A stretch of DNA of 64,000 nt from Antedon mediterranea (taxonomy: Eukaryota; Animalia; Echinodermata), in NCBI RefSeq assembly GCF_964355755.1, contig NC_092673.1, positions 13,736,948 through 13,800,947 of the forward strand, read 5' to 3'. Of the stretch, positions 36,730-49,955 are shown piece after piece. The notes beneath the pieces were generated by a model. The model was not told where the DNA came from and did not search any database. It worked only from the letters and a program-made list of their open reading frames with translations. Each line of letters starts with the position of its first letter. The stretch's first letter is position 1. A program made the translations under genes and the position numbers.

Positions 36730-39003
36730 TGTCATTCTATTCTATTTACCCAACAATTACACTCCTCTATCCTATATATAGTCGTTAATTTCCATGGTAA
36801 CTGGTCTAAGGTCACAAGGTACATGTAGACATTTTTTAATGTCAATAAACAGTATACTACTGTAAAAGCATACAGTAGAGTTAAATTATAGGACAATACA
36901 GTAGCAATAAAATGAGGATGTGCTTGTTTTTTTTAAGTAAAAATATTTCAACAATACAGCATTAACAGAAAGTTTTTAAGATGATTTTATCTTTACACAT
37001 AAAAATCACTATAGCATAATTATTGATCTTTATTTTTCTATAGAAGTTTTACTAGTCTGCAACATATAACCAAGCACGTGTTGCTCCAGTCTTCAATTAT
37101 TTTCGCAAACAGATGTAAGTATTTGAAATAACCTTCAACTTATATACACCCCCTCTATACAGTACTAAGCCTATCCATGTGTGTGACCTTAAATTATGTT
37201 GACAAAATGTAGGGGTTTTTTTTGCCTTACTATTGTAGTACAGTATGTATTAAGAAATTTGGATCTTCTTAATGCTCATAACACACTGCTAAATTACACC
37301 CTTCTATATCCTATTACATCTAATGCGATTAATTTCCATGGTAACTAGTCTAAGGTTAACTGTTAGGAATGTCTTAATGTCATAAAATAAAATCATTCAA
37401 GAAACTGTATTCTAAGCATACAATAACATTAAAGTATACTGTAGGGTAAAATGTATTGGCTATGTATAAGACTATAAGAGAACAATCTTTAGACTTCCTT
37501 GTGAAATACCATTGTTAGTATAAAGAATACAATCATCTCTAAAATAAATAAAAAAGAATAAAATAATAATACTTTTTTTAAGCTCCAATATTCAAACTAT
37601 AAACAGCATAAAAAAATAACGATGCTTCTAAAAGATAATTTTTTTCAGATCAAAAGCCCGGGGGGTCACTCCTAAATATTTCCATACGGGGAGGTGCCGC
37701 ATTTACGGGTATATTTTCGAGGGCCTGGTAGCACAAGTGTGGGAAATGACAGGGTGAAATTAGTAGTTTAAGTCCCTGACCCGCCCACCCGTGTAAAAAT
37801 GTCACAATTTATCGCCAAATTTTGCAGGGATTTTAGCATACTGGATGCTATAAGCCTGGCTATATAAGCTCATCGAGGGGCCCATCGCTAAATACCTTTA
37901 AATAGATTTTCCCCGAGAGTTTTCGCATCAGCAGAACACGAAACATAGCCGGCCTAGGACAAAATCATTCAACTGTGACCACTCTTGATCATATCGGTCA
38001 TGCACCACGGGCGATAAACTTTTCAAAATTTGTCATGAACAATGGTCTCTTTGGGCATGCGCAGATCATGCCGGGAACCAGTACAAATATTGCGCCCTCT
38101 CTGGCGTGGCCTTGTTTCTGCCGTCTTTCTAGAGCACACTGTATTTTGGTAAATGATAGTTCAAATCCGTAGTATTTTTCAGTAAAACAGGTAGCGCAAG
38201 TGCCTCATGTCTTGAAGTGGCTGCGGCACCCTCCCATTCGGTTTATATACAAGTGATCCCCCGGGATTAAAAGCAAATTGCTAGCATAAGAAAGACCCTT
38301 TTTTTATATACTGTAGGTTCTTTCATGTATTCATGATCTCATGACATTAATATCATCCTTCAAGTTGTGCATTACAGTTACACTATATTTTTGTGTATAG
38401 TATTTTTTAATCAATCTTTTAGTGAACATCTGGGATAATCTTAAAAAGATCATAGATCTGAATGTATGTTTGTTAAAAACATCATTAACAAATTTGGTAT
38501 TGTTAATGCTCACATACCAACACACCTCTCTATTTAACCAACAATTACATTCCTTCATCCTATTAGTACTGTACATATATAGTCGTTAATTTCCATGGTA
38601 ACTGGTCTAAGGTCATGAGGTACATGTAGAAATGTTTTAATGTCAAGAAACTGTATACTACTGTATAAGCATACAGTAAAGTTAAATTATAGGACTATAT
38701 ATTGTTGAAATAGTACAACCATCTTATATAATATAATAGCAATAAAATGGGGATGTACTTGTTTTTTTAAATAGAAATATTTCAACAATATACAGCATTA
38801 AAAGAAAGTTTTTAAGATGATTTTATCTTTACACATAAAAATCACTATAGCATATAATTATTGATGTTTATTTTTCTATACAAGGCTGCAACATAATAAC
38901 CAAGCAGGTGTTGCTGCAGTCTTCAATTATTTTCAAAAACGGATGTCAGTATCTGAAAGAACCTTCAACTTATATACACCCACTCTATACTAAGCCTATC
39001 CAT
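36730..39003 (+). repeat. ~450 bp direct duplication (36730-37180 and 38530-39003), third partial copy at ~37300-37440
   Basis: Shared TTAATTTCCATGGTAACTGGTCTAAGG and AAGATGATTTTATCTTTACACATAAAAATCACTATAGCATAATTATTGAT blocks. Confidence 0.8.
37657..38265. mobile_element. MITE with 8-bp TSD (hAT-like)
   Basis: TIRs CCCGGGGGGTCACT / AGTGATCCCCCGGG; flanks ATCAAAAG / ATTAAAAG (7/8). Confidence 0.75.
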
Positions 39004-39551
39004 CATCCTCCAATCATTGGAGAAATGGTTGTGCATGACATTGCATTGTTATAAAATTATAAATGACGATTTTAAAAAGCCACTACACATTCAACTTAGA
39101 AATCATAAAGTCTGTTAAAACATATTCTAATAAATATTTTAACAGCAGTCTGAAATAGCAGTCTTAAATTTAAATCCCGGCTTTATAACGCCAACTAATA
39201 ATCATACAATAAAGCCTGTTGCCACAAAAACTAATGTAATCCTACATAAGCTGCCCTGTAGTGTATATGATCCAACATATTGTAATTGTCTTGACAGCAG
39301 TCTTAGAATTAAGTTTTTTTTTTTTTATAGAGAAATCTATTGTTAACGTCAGTTACTGCAACAACAAAATAGAACAAATCACATGTTTTTATATCCTTCA
39401 GTTATCTTCTGGTAAGTATCTTAAAATAATCTTAAAAACTGTTAAAAATATGTCGTATAAACAATATTACTGACTTCCACAATTTAAACAATAACCAATG
39501 TCAAGATCTCTTAAACGATAAGTGACCATTGCAAATCCTTCTACAGATTAA

Positions 39552-39859
39552 CACGTTCACTGCCACGGCGTATTTATACGTCAAAAATTTCGTGTCGCTA
39601 CTTGCCAAGACGTAATACTACGTACGTCAAAATCGTAGCACTTTTGTATTGTATGTAGAATCGCTGGCAGTGGTGATTGGAACAGGAATTATCGCATGGC
39701 AGTTTATGAATGATGTACGTAAACGATAATCTAAAAATATTTTGAATGACATCATGATAGTCTGTGACCAGATGTTACACTTTCAAACTGTAATTTAATA
39801 TGTAAACGGGACTTGGCACTGGGACAGAAATTACGGAAAATGCCTTGGCAGTCAATGTG
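39552..39859. mobile_element. piggyBac-like MITE
   Basis: TTAA-CACGTTCACTGCCA ... TGGCAGTCAATGTG-TTAA (12/14 TIR match). Confidence 0.75.
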
Positions 39860-40304
39860 TTAAGAAATATATGACGTTGTTTTGTTGAAAGGGAAAATTA
39901 TGTGTTTATCCCCAAGTTACTACAAAAGCTTAAAATTAGTTCTAGAATGATTTTTATAATTTCTTCATTCATAAGCCTATCTATATCATCATCATTGTCA
40001 TTTCCAAAGTCAATTATTGTGCATGATGATGATTCAGCCAAGACCCTATTGGAATCTTGATATTCATTACTACATGACATAGGTTGTATTATCTTATGTT
40101 CTATCTCTTATTATGTTAGTGTAAATGTAAATTTATATTGTCTTCTCTTTTCAGATTGTTAAAGTGTCAGAAGATATTTTGTATAAAAGTCTGTTTGTTT
40201 ACAACTCAACGACAATAGCCACTAGACTTTAACTAGTTGGTGAGTCAAATAGGAGTTGTGACGGCAGCAGATTCGAAAAAGTCTGTTTATGAACAACTCA
40301 CGAC

Positions 40305-43300
40305 AAAATATTAGCAAATAAAAACTTGCGCGTCTCAGGGTCATGCACGTGAAATCGCGCGTAAAGATTTTAAAGAGCTCAAAATTAAGTTTTGATCAAT
40401 TTAGAGCATGAATTAGGCCATTTGCGTGTTTCAAAAAATTACTGCGCAAAAACACGTTTTTGCGTACGCGATTTTTAGAAGGCGTAAAAAATAAAATTTG
40501 ATGTATAAATCGCATTCTACTCACAATTCTTAGTACATTCACCGATCTTGAGTCCAGTCCGACTTAAAATAACGGTATACGAGCACGTTAAAAATGACAA
40601 AATGCGCACAGTAATTTCACAAAAGTTCTGAAAATGGTGAAAAATATGTCTTTTTTAAAATGTAAATAACTCTTCAGAATGCACGATGACCCCGAAGTTT
40701 TTTAACTTATTCGGGAAGCCATTGAGTTGTAGATATACATGTATATACACATTAGACGTACAAAATGGTATTCCGTCATCAAATGGCCACTTGAATTTAA
40801 AAATTAGGATTTTTTTCCGTTTTGTGTAGGTTATCACATTCAATAAAGCGCATATCCGCTATTTGAGCCCGATTTTCGCACAAATCTCAGTGTGTGCTTG
40901 CTTAATTATTTGTCTTTTTCATAAGTTGTCAGTGTTTTCATTTTGATGACGTCATCAAGCGTAAAAACTTGAATAACGTAGGTCGTGTAATTTCACCTTC
41001 GCCGTAAATTTGAATATCTTACAGCTCTTTAGAATTGAAGGTTACCTTGATGATTATAATTTATTATGAAAGCTGATGAAATGTAGATATGAATTCATAT
41101 AAAAACCAAGCCTATCAGATGTTGTGATGTTATCATATGGCCAGTTGAAGTTAAAAAATAGTTTTTAAATTTCTTTAGTCAAAGTTATACAAATTTCAAA
41201 GAGCGCGCATTGCGCTTCTACGTGTCAAATTCTCTTCCAATCTTTATATTTATTTGCTCAATTCATTATTTTTCGAAATTGTCATCTTTGAGTTTATTTT
41301 GATAATTCCATCATACCAAAAAATTAAAACATGATTTGGATCCCGTAATTTCACCTATGCTACACTGTATATAGATATACAGTATATACCCTGTACATAT
41401 TATATGACACATAATAGGTCAACTCAGCGCTATAAGTGTATATGCATCATGTCATAGGATGGCGTACATCAACTTTTTACGATCGTATGTTAACGTACAT
41501 GCATGTTTCAAAAATGTTAATTTCATTAAAATGATAAAATTGATCACCTATAATTCGTCAAAGTGACGAATTAAATTCTAGTTATTCTTCTTTCTGTACA
41601 CTTTTTGTTCGTCATATATCTCAAAAAGTTGAATAGCAATGATCACAAAAATTTCACAATGTCTTTCAAATATTTTAACTTAGCCATAATAAGCTTTTCA
41701 GCGTGATCACTCATCCGTGGCGTCACGTATACGCCATTTTGTGAAATCACATTATCAATCATATATCCATAATTTATTATCACATATTTATGAAATTCAC
41801 TACACGTAAACTTCAGGTCAAGGGTAAAAATATTAGCAAATAAAAACGCTTGCGCACCTAGGGTCAAGCGCGTAGAATCGCGCGTTAAAAATTTAAAAAG
41901 CTCAAAATTAAGTTTTGATCAATTTAGAGCATGAATTAGGCCATTTGCGTGTTTCAAAAAATTACTGCGCAAAAACACGTTTTTGCGTACGCGATTTTTA
42001 GAAGGCGTAAAAAATAAAATTTGATGTATAAATCGCATTCTACTCACAATTCTTAGTACATTCACCGATCTTGAGTCCATTCCGACTTAAAATAACGGTA
42101 TAAGAGCACGTTAAAAATGACAAAATGCGCACATTAATTTCACAAAAGTTCTGAAAATGGTGAAAAATATGTCTTTTTTAAAATGAAAATAACTCTTCAG
42201 AATGCACGATGACCCCTAAGTTTTTTAACTTATTCGGGAAGCCATTGAGTTGTAGATATAAATGTGTATACACATTAGACGTACAAAATGGTATTACGTC
42301 ATTAAATGGCCACTTGAATTTAAAAATTAGGATTTTTTTCCGTTTTCTGTAGGTTATCACATTCAATAGAGCGCATCTCCGCTATTTGAGCTTGATTTTC
42401 GTTCAAATTTTCGTATACGATTCCTCAATTAATTATCTTTCTCCTGAGTTGTCAAAAATTTAATTTTAATCACGTCATCACGCGTAAAAACTTGAATAAC
42501 CTAGGTCGTGTAATTTCACCTTCAGCGTATATTTGAACATCTCACAGCTCTTCAGAGTTAAAGGTGACTATGATGATTATAATTTGTTATGAAAGCTGAT
42601 GAAATGTAGATATGAATTCATATAAAAAATAAGTCAATCGGATGTTGTGATGTTATCATATGGCCAGTTGAAGTTAAAAAGTAGTTTTTAAATTTCTTTA
42701 GTCAAAGTTATACAGATTTCAAAGAGTGCGCATTGCGCTTCTACCTGTCAAATTCTCTTCCAATCCTTATATTTATTTGCTCAATTCATTATCTTTCGAA
42801 ATTGTCACCTTCGAGTTTATTTTGATAATTCCATCATACCAAAAATTTAGAACATGATGTAGGTCCCGTAATTTCACCTATGCTACACTAGTGTATATAG
42901 ATATACAGTATATACTGTACATATTGTATATGACACATAATAGGTACAACTCAGCACTATAAGTTTATATGCATCATGTCATAGGATGGCGTACATCAAC
43001 TTTTTACGATCGCATGTTAACGTACATGCACGTTTAAAAATGTTAATTTCATTAAAATGATAAAAATGATCACCTATAATTCGTCAAAGTGACGAATTAA
43101 ATTCTAGTTGGGTATTATTATTTTTTTCAGTTATCCGCATTGAGCGGATAACTCCTCGTTATTGTCCAGATTCTTTTTCTATGTTATTAGTTATCCGCTT
43201 AGTAGCGGATAACTCCTTGTGATTGTATTGGATCAATATTTTTCTGTATTATTCTTCTTTCTTTCCTTCCTTTTTGTGAGGCGCGTTTCTCTGAAATGGG

Positions 43301-46300
43301 TAAACATAACATTTCATAACTTTGTCAAAACATGGGCATTTATGTGAAGTTGTGCACCTCCTATTTTGAATGACGTCAGAGTTGCGCAACGTGACTTACG
43401 CGCGATTTTATGATTTTTTATGATTGATCTTAGATTAAAAACCAAGCATAATTTTTTTTTTACACTTTCTGGAAATTTAAGTCATATCAAGGGCAATCTT
43501 TCTGTTGATTGAAAATGGCATGTTTTACAAGAAGTTACGCGCGCATGCGCATTTAAAATTTTAAAATGCGCAAAATTAATTTCTAATCAACTTTTTACGC
43601 CATTCATGACATTTTGCGCATGTCAAAATTTTCCGCGCGTGCGAACAATTTTACGCGTGCGGTGCGCACGCAGCATGAAAATCATGTTTTTTTCTATTAA
43701 ATTGTGATTTTCCAGCCTTTCCTAGTCATTTTTAAAAAGATTGACATCATTTCAAATTAAAATGACGTCATACGTACACGTTGATTTAGACCATTTGCGT
43801 GCGTTGTAGTTGCAAAAGTTACAAAATATTGTCAAAATTATGCCTATTTTGAATCTATTATAGCTCCTTAGTATCAACCGTTACCCCCGATTTTTTTAAT
43901 TTAATATGAAAGCAGTTATGGTAGATATGAATTCATGCAGAATTTTTTCTTCACGGATGTTGTGACGTCATCATATGGCCACGCAAATGCAAAATATAGG
44001 ATTTTTGTCTCTTTAGTTATTGCTTATCACATTCAATGGAGCGCATCACGCTTATCCATCTTCCATTTTCACCGAGATTTTAACATTGTCTAGGTCAATC
44101 AACTATCTTTCGCATGAGTTAAACATATTTTAATTTTGATGACGTCATCATGCCTAAAAATTTTAATTACGTGGGTCATTATTTTCATCTTTACAGTAAA
44201 TTTTAATCTGTTTTAGCTCGTAAGAATAAAATGTGATAATCACGATTAAAACGTTTTCTGGAAGCTATTGGATTGTAGATACGAATTCATGTAAATATTT
44301 TGCCAATCAGATGTAGTGACATCATCAGATGGCCAGTTGAATAAAAAAAGTTGTATTTTTATATTTTGCGTCATAGTTCATCACATTTAAAAGGGTGCGC
44401 ATCTATATTTCACGTATCCAAATTTCTTCTACACGTTAAATAGGTTGTTCCTGAGATAATTTCCTTCTGAAATTGCTATTTAAGTGTTTCATTTTGATAC
44501 CGTCGCCATGTTAAAAATTGGAATAAATGGCGGGTCCCGTAATTTCACCTATTCTACACTGTATGTAATATGTATACAGATTATACTGTTTGCATGTATA
44601 CTATATGACACAAAATTGACAGAATTCAGCACTAACAGCATATCATATTCTTCAGTTCTTGTCATAATGCCATAATCTTTATCTGTGTGCAATATTCCAA
44701 CGTATGACGTGCACGTGGCGTTTGTCGTTGTGCGGATAACTAACTCGTCAAAGTGACGAGTTTCATGTCTAGTTCTTCTTTCTTTCTGTCATTTTTGTGG
44801 GTCGCGTATCTCAAAAACGTGTAAACATAACATTTTATAACTTTGTCAACATGTGGGCATTTAAGTGAACTTGTGCACCTCCTATTTTTGAATGAAGTCA
44901 GAATTACGCAACGTGACTTACGCGCGATTTTATGAATTTCGCGTATTTGACATAGATCGAAAACCATATAACATTTTAATTTGAAACTTATCAAAAGTTT
45001 AATTTATATCTTGCGCTAAGTTTTTGTGCAAAAAAAATTGCATGCTTTACACGAAGTTACGCGCGCACGCGCGTTTAAAATTAAAAAATGCGAAAAATCA
45101 ATTTCTAATCAACTTTCTACGCGTTTCATGTCATTTTAAGCATGTCAAAAATTCCCACGTGCGCGCAACTTTTTACGTGTGCGGTGCGCACCTGAGATAA
45201 TTTCCTTCCGAAATTGCTATCTTAGAGTTTAATTTTGATACCGTCGCCATGTTAAAATATGAATAAATGGCGAGTCCCATAATTTCACCTATTCTGCACT
45301 GTATGTAATATGTATACATATTATACTGTTTATACTGTATAATATGACACAAAATTGACAGAATTCAGCTATAACAACATATCATATTTTTCAGGTCATA
45401 ATGCCATAATCTTTTTCTGTGTGCAATATTCCAACGTATGACGTGCACGTGGCGTTTGTCGTGCGGATAACTAACTCGTCAAAGTGACGAGTTTCATGTC
45501 TAGTTTTTTTAATTCTTTCTGTACACTTTTACAATTATCTCAAAAAGTTGAATGGCAATGATCACAAAAAATTCACAGTGTCTTTCAAATACTTTAACTT
45601 AGCCATAATAAGCTTTTCAGCGTGATCACTCAACCGTGACGTCACGTATACGCGATTTTGTGAAATCACACTATCAATCATATCTCCATAACTCTTTATC
45701 ACATATCAATAAAATTCACTATACGTAAACTTCAGGTGAAGGGTAAAAATATTAACAAATAAAAACTTACGTGTTTCAAGGTCATGCATGTGAAATCGCG
45801 CGTTAAAATTTTAAAAAGCTCAAAATTAAGTTTTGATCAATTTAGAGCATAAAATAGGCCATTTGCGTGTTTTAAAAAATTACTGCGCAAAAACACGTTT
45901 TTGCACGTGCGTACTTAGAAAGCGTAAAAAATAAAAATTTTTTTGTACAAATTGCATTCTACTCATCTTCCTTGGTAGATTCACCAAATGTGAGTCCATT
46001 TCGATTTAAAATAGTGCTATACGAGCACGTTAAAAATGACAAAATGCGCACATTAATTGTACAAAAGTGCTAAAAATGGTAAAAATTAAGGCCTTTTTAA
46101 AAAGAATATAACTCTTCAGAATGGCAGGTGACCCCCAATTTTTTTAACTTATTATGGAAGCCAATAAGTTTTAGATAGAAATATATTTACATATTAGACG
46201 TACAAAATGGTATGACGTCATCAAATGGCCACTTGAATTTAAAAATTAGTAATTTTTATGTTTTTGTGTGGGTTATCACATTCAACAGAGCCCATCTCCG

Positions 46301-46801
46301 TTATTTGAGCCCGATTTGCGCACAAATTTTAGGATGTGCTTGCTCAATTAATTATCTTTCTCAGGAGTTGTCAACATTTTCGTTTTGATGACGGCATCAT
46401 GCGTAAACACTTGAATAACCTAGGTCGTGTATTTTCAGCTACACCATACATTTGAATATATTACAGCTCTTCAGAATTAAAGGTGACCTTGAAGATTATA
46501 ATTTATTATAAAAGTTGATGAAACGTAGATATGAATTCATATAAAAATTAGGCCTATCGGATGTTGTGACATTATGAAGTGGTCACTTTAAGTTAAAAGG
46601 TAGTTTTTTTCTCTCTTTCGTCAAATTTATACAAATTTCAAAGAGCGCGCATTGCGCTTCTACGTGTCAAATTCTCTTCCAATCCTTATATTTATTTGCT
46701 CAATTCATTATCTTTCGAAATTGCCATCTTCGAGTTTATTATGATAATTCCATCATACCAAAAAATTAGAACATGATGTGGGTCCCGTAATTTCACCTAT
46801 G
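40305..46801 (+). repeat. Distal array: B bodies ending 41581 and 43107; A heads at ~43128 and 43187 with A ends at 44772 and 45503; final B body 45504-46801 truncated
   Basis: Same head/tail motifs as the proximal array. Confidence 0.85.
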
Positions 46802-47385
46802 TTGTAAGAAAAATAAGTCGATATTTAATCCTCTAATTATTAATAATTGTAGTGTTAACTAGGTTTGCCGTACTAAGCTCCTAGGAATAATTATATGTGA
46901 CAATTTATCATGGCAACCCCATATTGATTCTTTGATGGCTAAATCAAACTCACGGTTATATTTTCTTAAACAATTGCGCCGGTCTGGCCTAAACGCACAA
47001 GCCTTATGCTATTTCTATTGTTGTGTTATCAGGCCTGTTCTAGAATACGCCGTCCCCGTTTGGGAAATGTGCTTAACTAAATTGCAGTCTGACCAACTGG
47101 AAAGTATCCAACGTAGGGCGCTTAGAATCACGTTCCCAAAGCTCAGTTACAACAAAGCAATGGATCAATGTAATGTGCCTGTGCTATGTGAACCTCGAAC
47201 TAGACTGTGCAAGGATTACTATCAGAAACTTAAAAACCCTTCCCATAGACTACATCACCTTCTGCCAAAAGCGCCTAAATCTAGATACAATTTAAGACAA
47301 GTTAAAGAATTTTGCATTCAAAAAGTAAAAACGGAACAAAAAAAAATGTCATTGTAAACTTTGGTCTCTTTCACAAGTGGTAGGC
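46802..47385 (+). pseudogene. 5'-truncated LINE, RT C-terminal fragment
   Basis: KSNSRLYFLKQLRRSGL, YCCVIRPVLEYAVPVW, LESIQRRALRI, HRLHHLLP, RYNLR (ORF 46932-47357). Confidence 0.8.
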
Positions 47386-47466
47386 ATAAATATACCTGCA
47401 CAGTCGTATCTCCCGCTGACTTCTGTTTTGTCTGTTCTTCGATGTTTTGAGTAATTTGATTGTTAT

Positions 47467-47700
47467 TTACCTCCGCCAAGGAGCTTTATGTAATCGGTAA
47501 GCGTGTGTTTTTGTTTGTTTGTTAGCAGGATTACTCAAAAAGTAATTACAAGATCTTTACCAAAATGAATAGACAGATAGATATGTGGTCAAGGACCATT
47601 CCATTAAATTTTGGGACCATTTGGGACCGCAGTCCCAATTCTGGACCAAGAGCAGTCTTAAAGTAACAAGTAAACTGAAATTGCATTTTCTCGAGAACTA
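47467..47700 (+). mobile_element. 5' part of a third HINE-like family
   Basis: TTACCTCCGCCAAGGAG head, then (GTTT)n microsatellite and GTTAGCAGGATTACTCAAAAAGT core; no 3' end seen; right boundary approximate. Confidence 0.5.
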
Positions 47701-47969
47701 CTTGTCCAAAAAACTTAATTTTTGAACAAGAGGCAAGAGTTATAATTTGTGATTTGTAATTTTAAAACATAATTTGATTTAATGTGCACATTTTTTGATG
47801 CGAGTAGTTTAAAAAACCTATTTCTTTTCAAATTCACTCGTTTGATTTTCGCGTTGCTGTTCTATTATTAACTGAAAGGCTTGTTACATAACCATTACAC
47901 CAAACTCGCATGCACATGCTTGTAATGAAATTAGCCTAATAGTAGGCATGTTAAGGTGCATATTTTAGG

Positions 47970-48176
47970 CAAATCCTTCAAATTGTGATAATATTTTGAA
48001 ACTTTGCACAGTTATTCATTAGGGTGTCAAAAACATGAAATGGAAGGGTTGCACAAAAATTGGTCAAGGGAAAGCCGCCATTTTGGATTTCAAAATGGCG
48101 GACCCCAAATTTTCACTTTTCAGGTATATCTCTGCTAAAAAGGCACCTAGAGTTCTGATTTTAGGTGCAAATTATA
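47970..48176 (+). repeat. Copy of the 13382 repeat
   Basis: Near-identical over ~200 bp to 13382-13585. Confidence 0.85.
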
Positions 48177-48459
48177 ACCATAATTTATATATAGATACAG
48201 TGAAATGGGCACAGATGTGAAGTAGTTTCTATTCATCACTGTTTGACAGACATTAATACTTTTCATATTTGGTACTGCTCATCTCTTTTTTTTTATTGAA
48301 TACAATACTGTATCATTAGTTGTCTGTCTCTATCTTTGATCTACTCTTATCAGACAGTTCCATAAATTTATGAATTTTATGTGTCAATACCAGAACTTGT
48401 GTGTGTATGTAAGTTGTGTTGCTGCACTTTCTATTGTTGATAACCAGTTTCAATTGTTC

Positions 48460-49005
48460 TTTTTTCCAAGAGCACTATTGGTAGATTACGTTCTGTAGCT
48501 GTTTGGACTTGCAGTTGTTGCTTTCATAAAAACCTTTCCAAGAACAACAATACCATTGGTAGAATACCTTCTCTAGCTGCAAAATTGTGATTGATGCTTT
48601 TGCAGTTGTTGCTGTTCATAAAACCTTTCAAAGAGCAACAATACCATTGATAGATTACCTTCTCTAGCTGCCAAATTGTGATTGATGCTTTTGCAGTTGT
48701 TGCTGTTCATAAAAACCTTTCCAAGAGCACCAATACCATTGGTAGATTATCTTCTCCAGCTATTTGGATGGTAATTTCAGTTAACTTCAAATTGTGATTG
48801 ATGCTCTTGCAGATGTTACTGTTCATAAAAATCTTTCCAAGAGCACCAAAACTATTGGGAGATTACCTTCTCTAGCTGTTTGAATGGTAATTTTAGTTGT
48901 AATTAATGCTCTTGCAGTTGTTGCTGTTCATAAAAACCTTTCCAAGAGCACCAATACCATTGGTAGATTATCTTCTCTAGCTGCCAAATTGTGATTGATG
49001 CTCTT
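48460..49005. repeat. Imperfect tandem repeat (~70-116 bp units); continues at 55033-55087 and 59257-59281
   Basis: Recurring CCAAGAGCACCAATACCATTGGTAGATTACCTTCTCTAGCTG...GCAGTTGTTGCTGTTCATAAAAACCTT. Confidence 0.85.
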
Positions 49006-49408
49006 TGTCATATTATTTATGTTCTGATTCCCTGTGTTTAGATAAGGATGCTTTAGACCAGGTCCGCCTAATATTATTAGCCAATCAAAATCGTATAAAT
49101 TTTGGAGGGAAAATGTTATCCTCCTCTGAAGCCTAAAATTTGCATGTCCAGTATAAAAGTAGAATGTAATAGATATTAATAAAGAAGAGAGAATAAGATC
49201 AAAGTAGATGTACGGAAAGATGATAAAGAAAATATTAAGGCTTGACTGGTAGTGGTAGAAAGATGTATTAATCGAGTTACAAGGAATAAAAGTTCTAGTT
49301 GAGTTAAATATACTTTTTGTATGAGTTATCATTCAGTGACAGCTGTGTACGTCGCATGGAGTTATATACGCCTGAGAAAGCTCGGAACCAACTAAAATAT
49401 TCACTACA
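49006..49408 (+). repeat. 5' LTR (403 bp)
   Basis: TGTCATATT...TTCACTACA; matches 54058-55032 once the insertion is removed. Confidence 0.95.
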
Positions 49409-49422
49409 TGGTGGCAGCGGTG
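49409..49422 (+). promoter_or_regulatory. tRNA-Leu primer-binding site
   Basis: TGGTGGCAGCGGTG is complementary to the 3' end CACCGCTGCCACCA of eukaryotic tRNA-Leu(AAG/UAG); immediately after the LTR. Confidence 0.75.
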
Positions 49423-49955
49423 AACATTTTTGTTTAAGATACATGATTTAAGTATTAAGAAGAAGAAGAAGAAGAAGAAGTGACAGTGCCTACTCTACGG
49501 GCCTGTTAAATCAGTAACCAAAAAGTTAAATGGTTACGAAGATCTGGATTCCTGACAGTTTTTATACCGTGCGTTGTTTGGATATTACAACGAAGAAGAA
49601 GTACTGTTGAGCTCAAGACTGCTGGATATTCATCGGAGATATATATTCACCGAGATCTGAAAGAAGAAGACTGAAGTAACAGAAGGAAGCCCAGAAAATT
49701 TTGAGAAGATTTGCAAAGCTGACTTTGTAAACTATTTTTATTTCTAAATTAAATTTTTGTACGGAGCGAACTTGGAACGTTGTTTGTGACTTTGGAAGTA
49801 AATTAATGTCTTATATTGTATTGCATTTAAAAATTTATGTGGATTTCATATTTTTACATATCTGAATGGAATCAATGTAATACAAATACTTTTATAATAT
49901 TTTGTATACATAAGTTTACATATTTCATTAGTAAAATTGTTATTAGCATGATAGC

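Larger units (their letters stand above)
20522..46801 (+). mobile_element. Nested/tandem array of non-autonomous Helentron-type (HINE/DINE-1-like) elements, two related families
   Basis: Family A head TTAGTTATCCGC(n)GCGGATAAC, tail TGCGGATAACTAACTCGTCAAAGTGACGAGTTTCATGTCTAG; family B head TTAGGTGATCATTT(n)AAATGATCACCTA, tail AAATGATCACCTATAATTCGTCAAAGTGACGAATTAAATTCTAG. SubTIR+IR at 5', subTIR+stem-loop+CTAG at 3', T-rich junctions, no TSD, no coding capacity. Confidence 0.8.

Noticed and set aside
23711-44994. Recurring 60-90 aa ORFs within the array (e.g. MTPNFFNLIWK, MNVITYTKRKK, MFHFDTVAMLK)
   Set aside because: They recur only because the DNA is repeated; frames and stops differ among copies and no domain is recognisable.
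20522-46801. Recurring short palindromic repeats suggestive of a CRISPR array or attC cassette array
   Set aside because: Intervening 0.8-1.5 kb sequences are homologous to each other rather than unique, there are no cas or integrase genes, the context is eukaryotic, and the structure fits Helentron termini.
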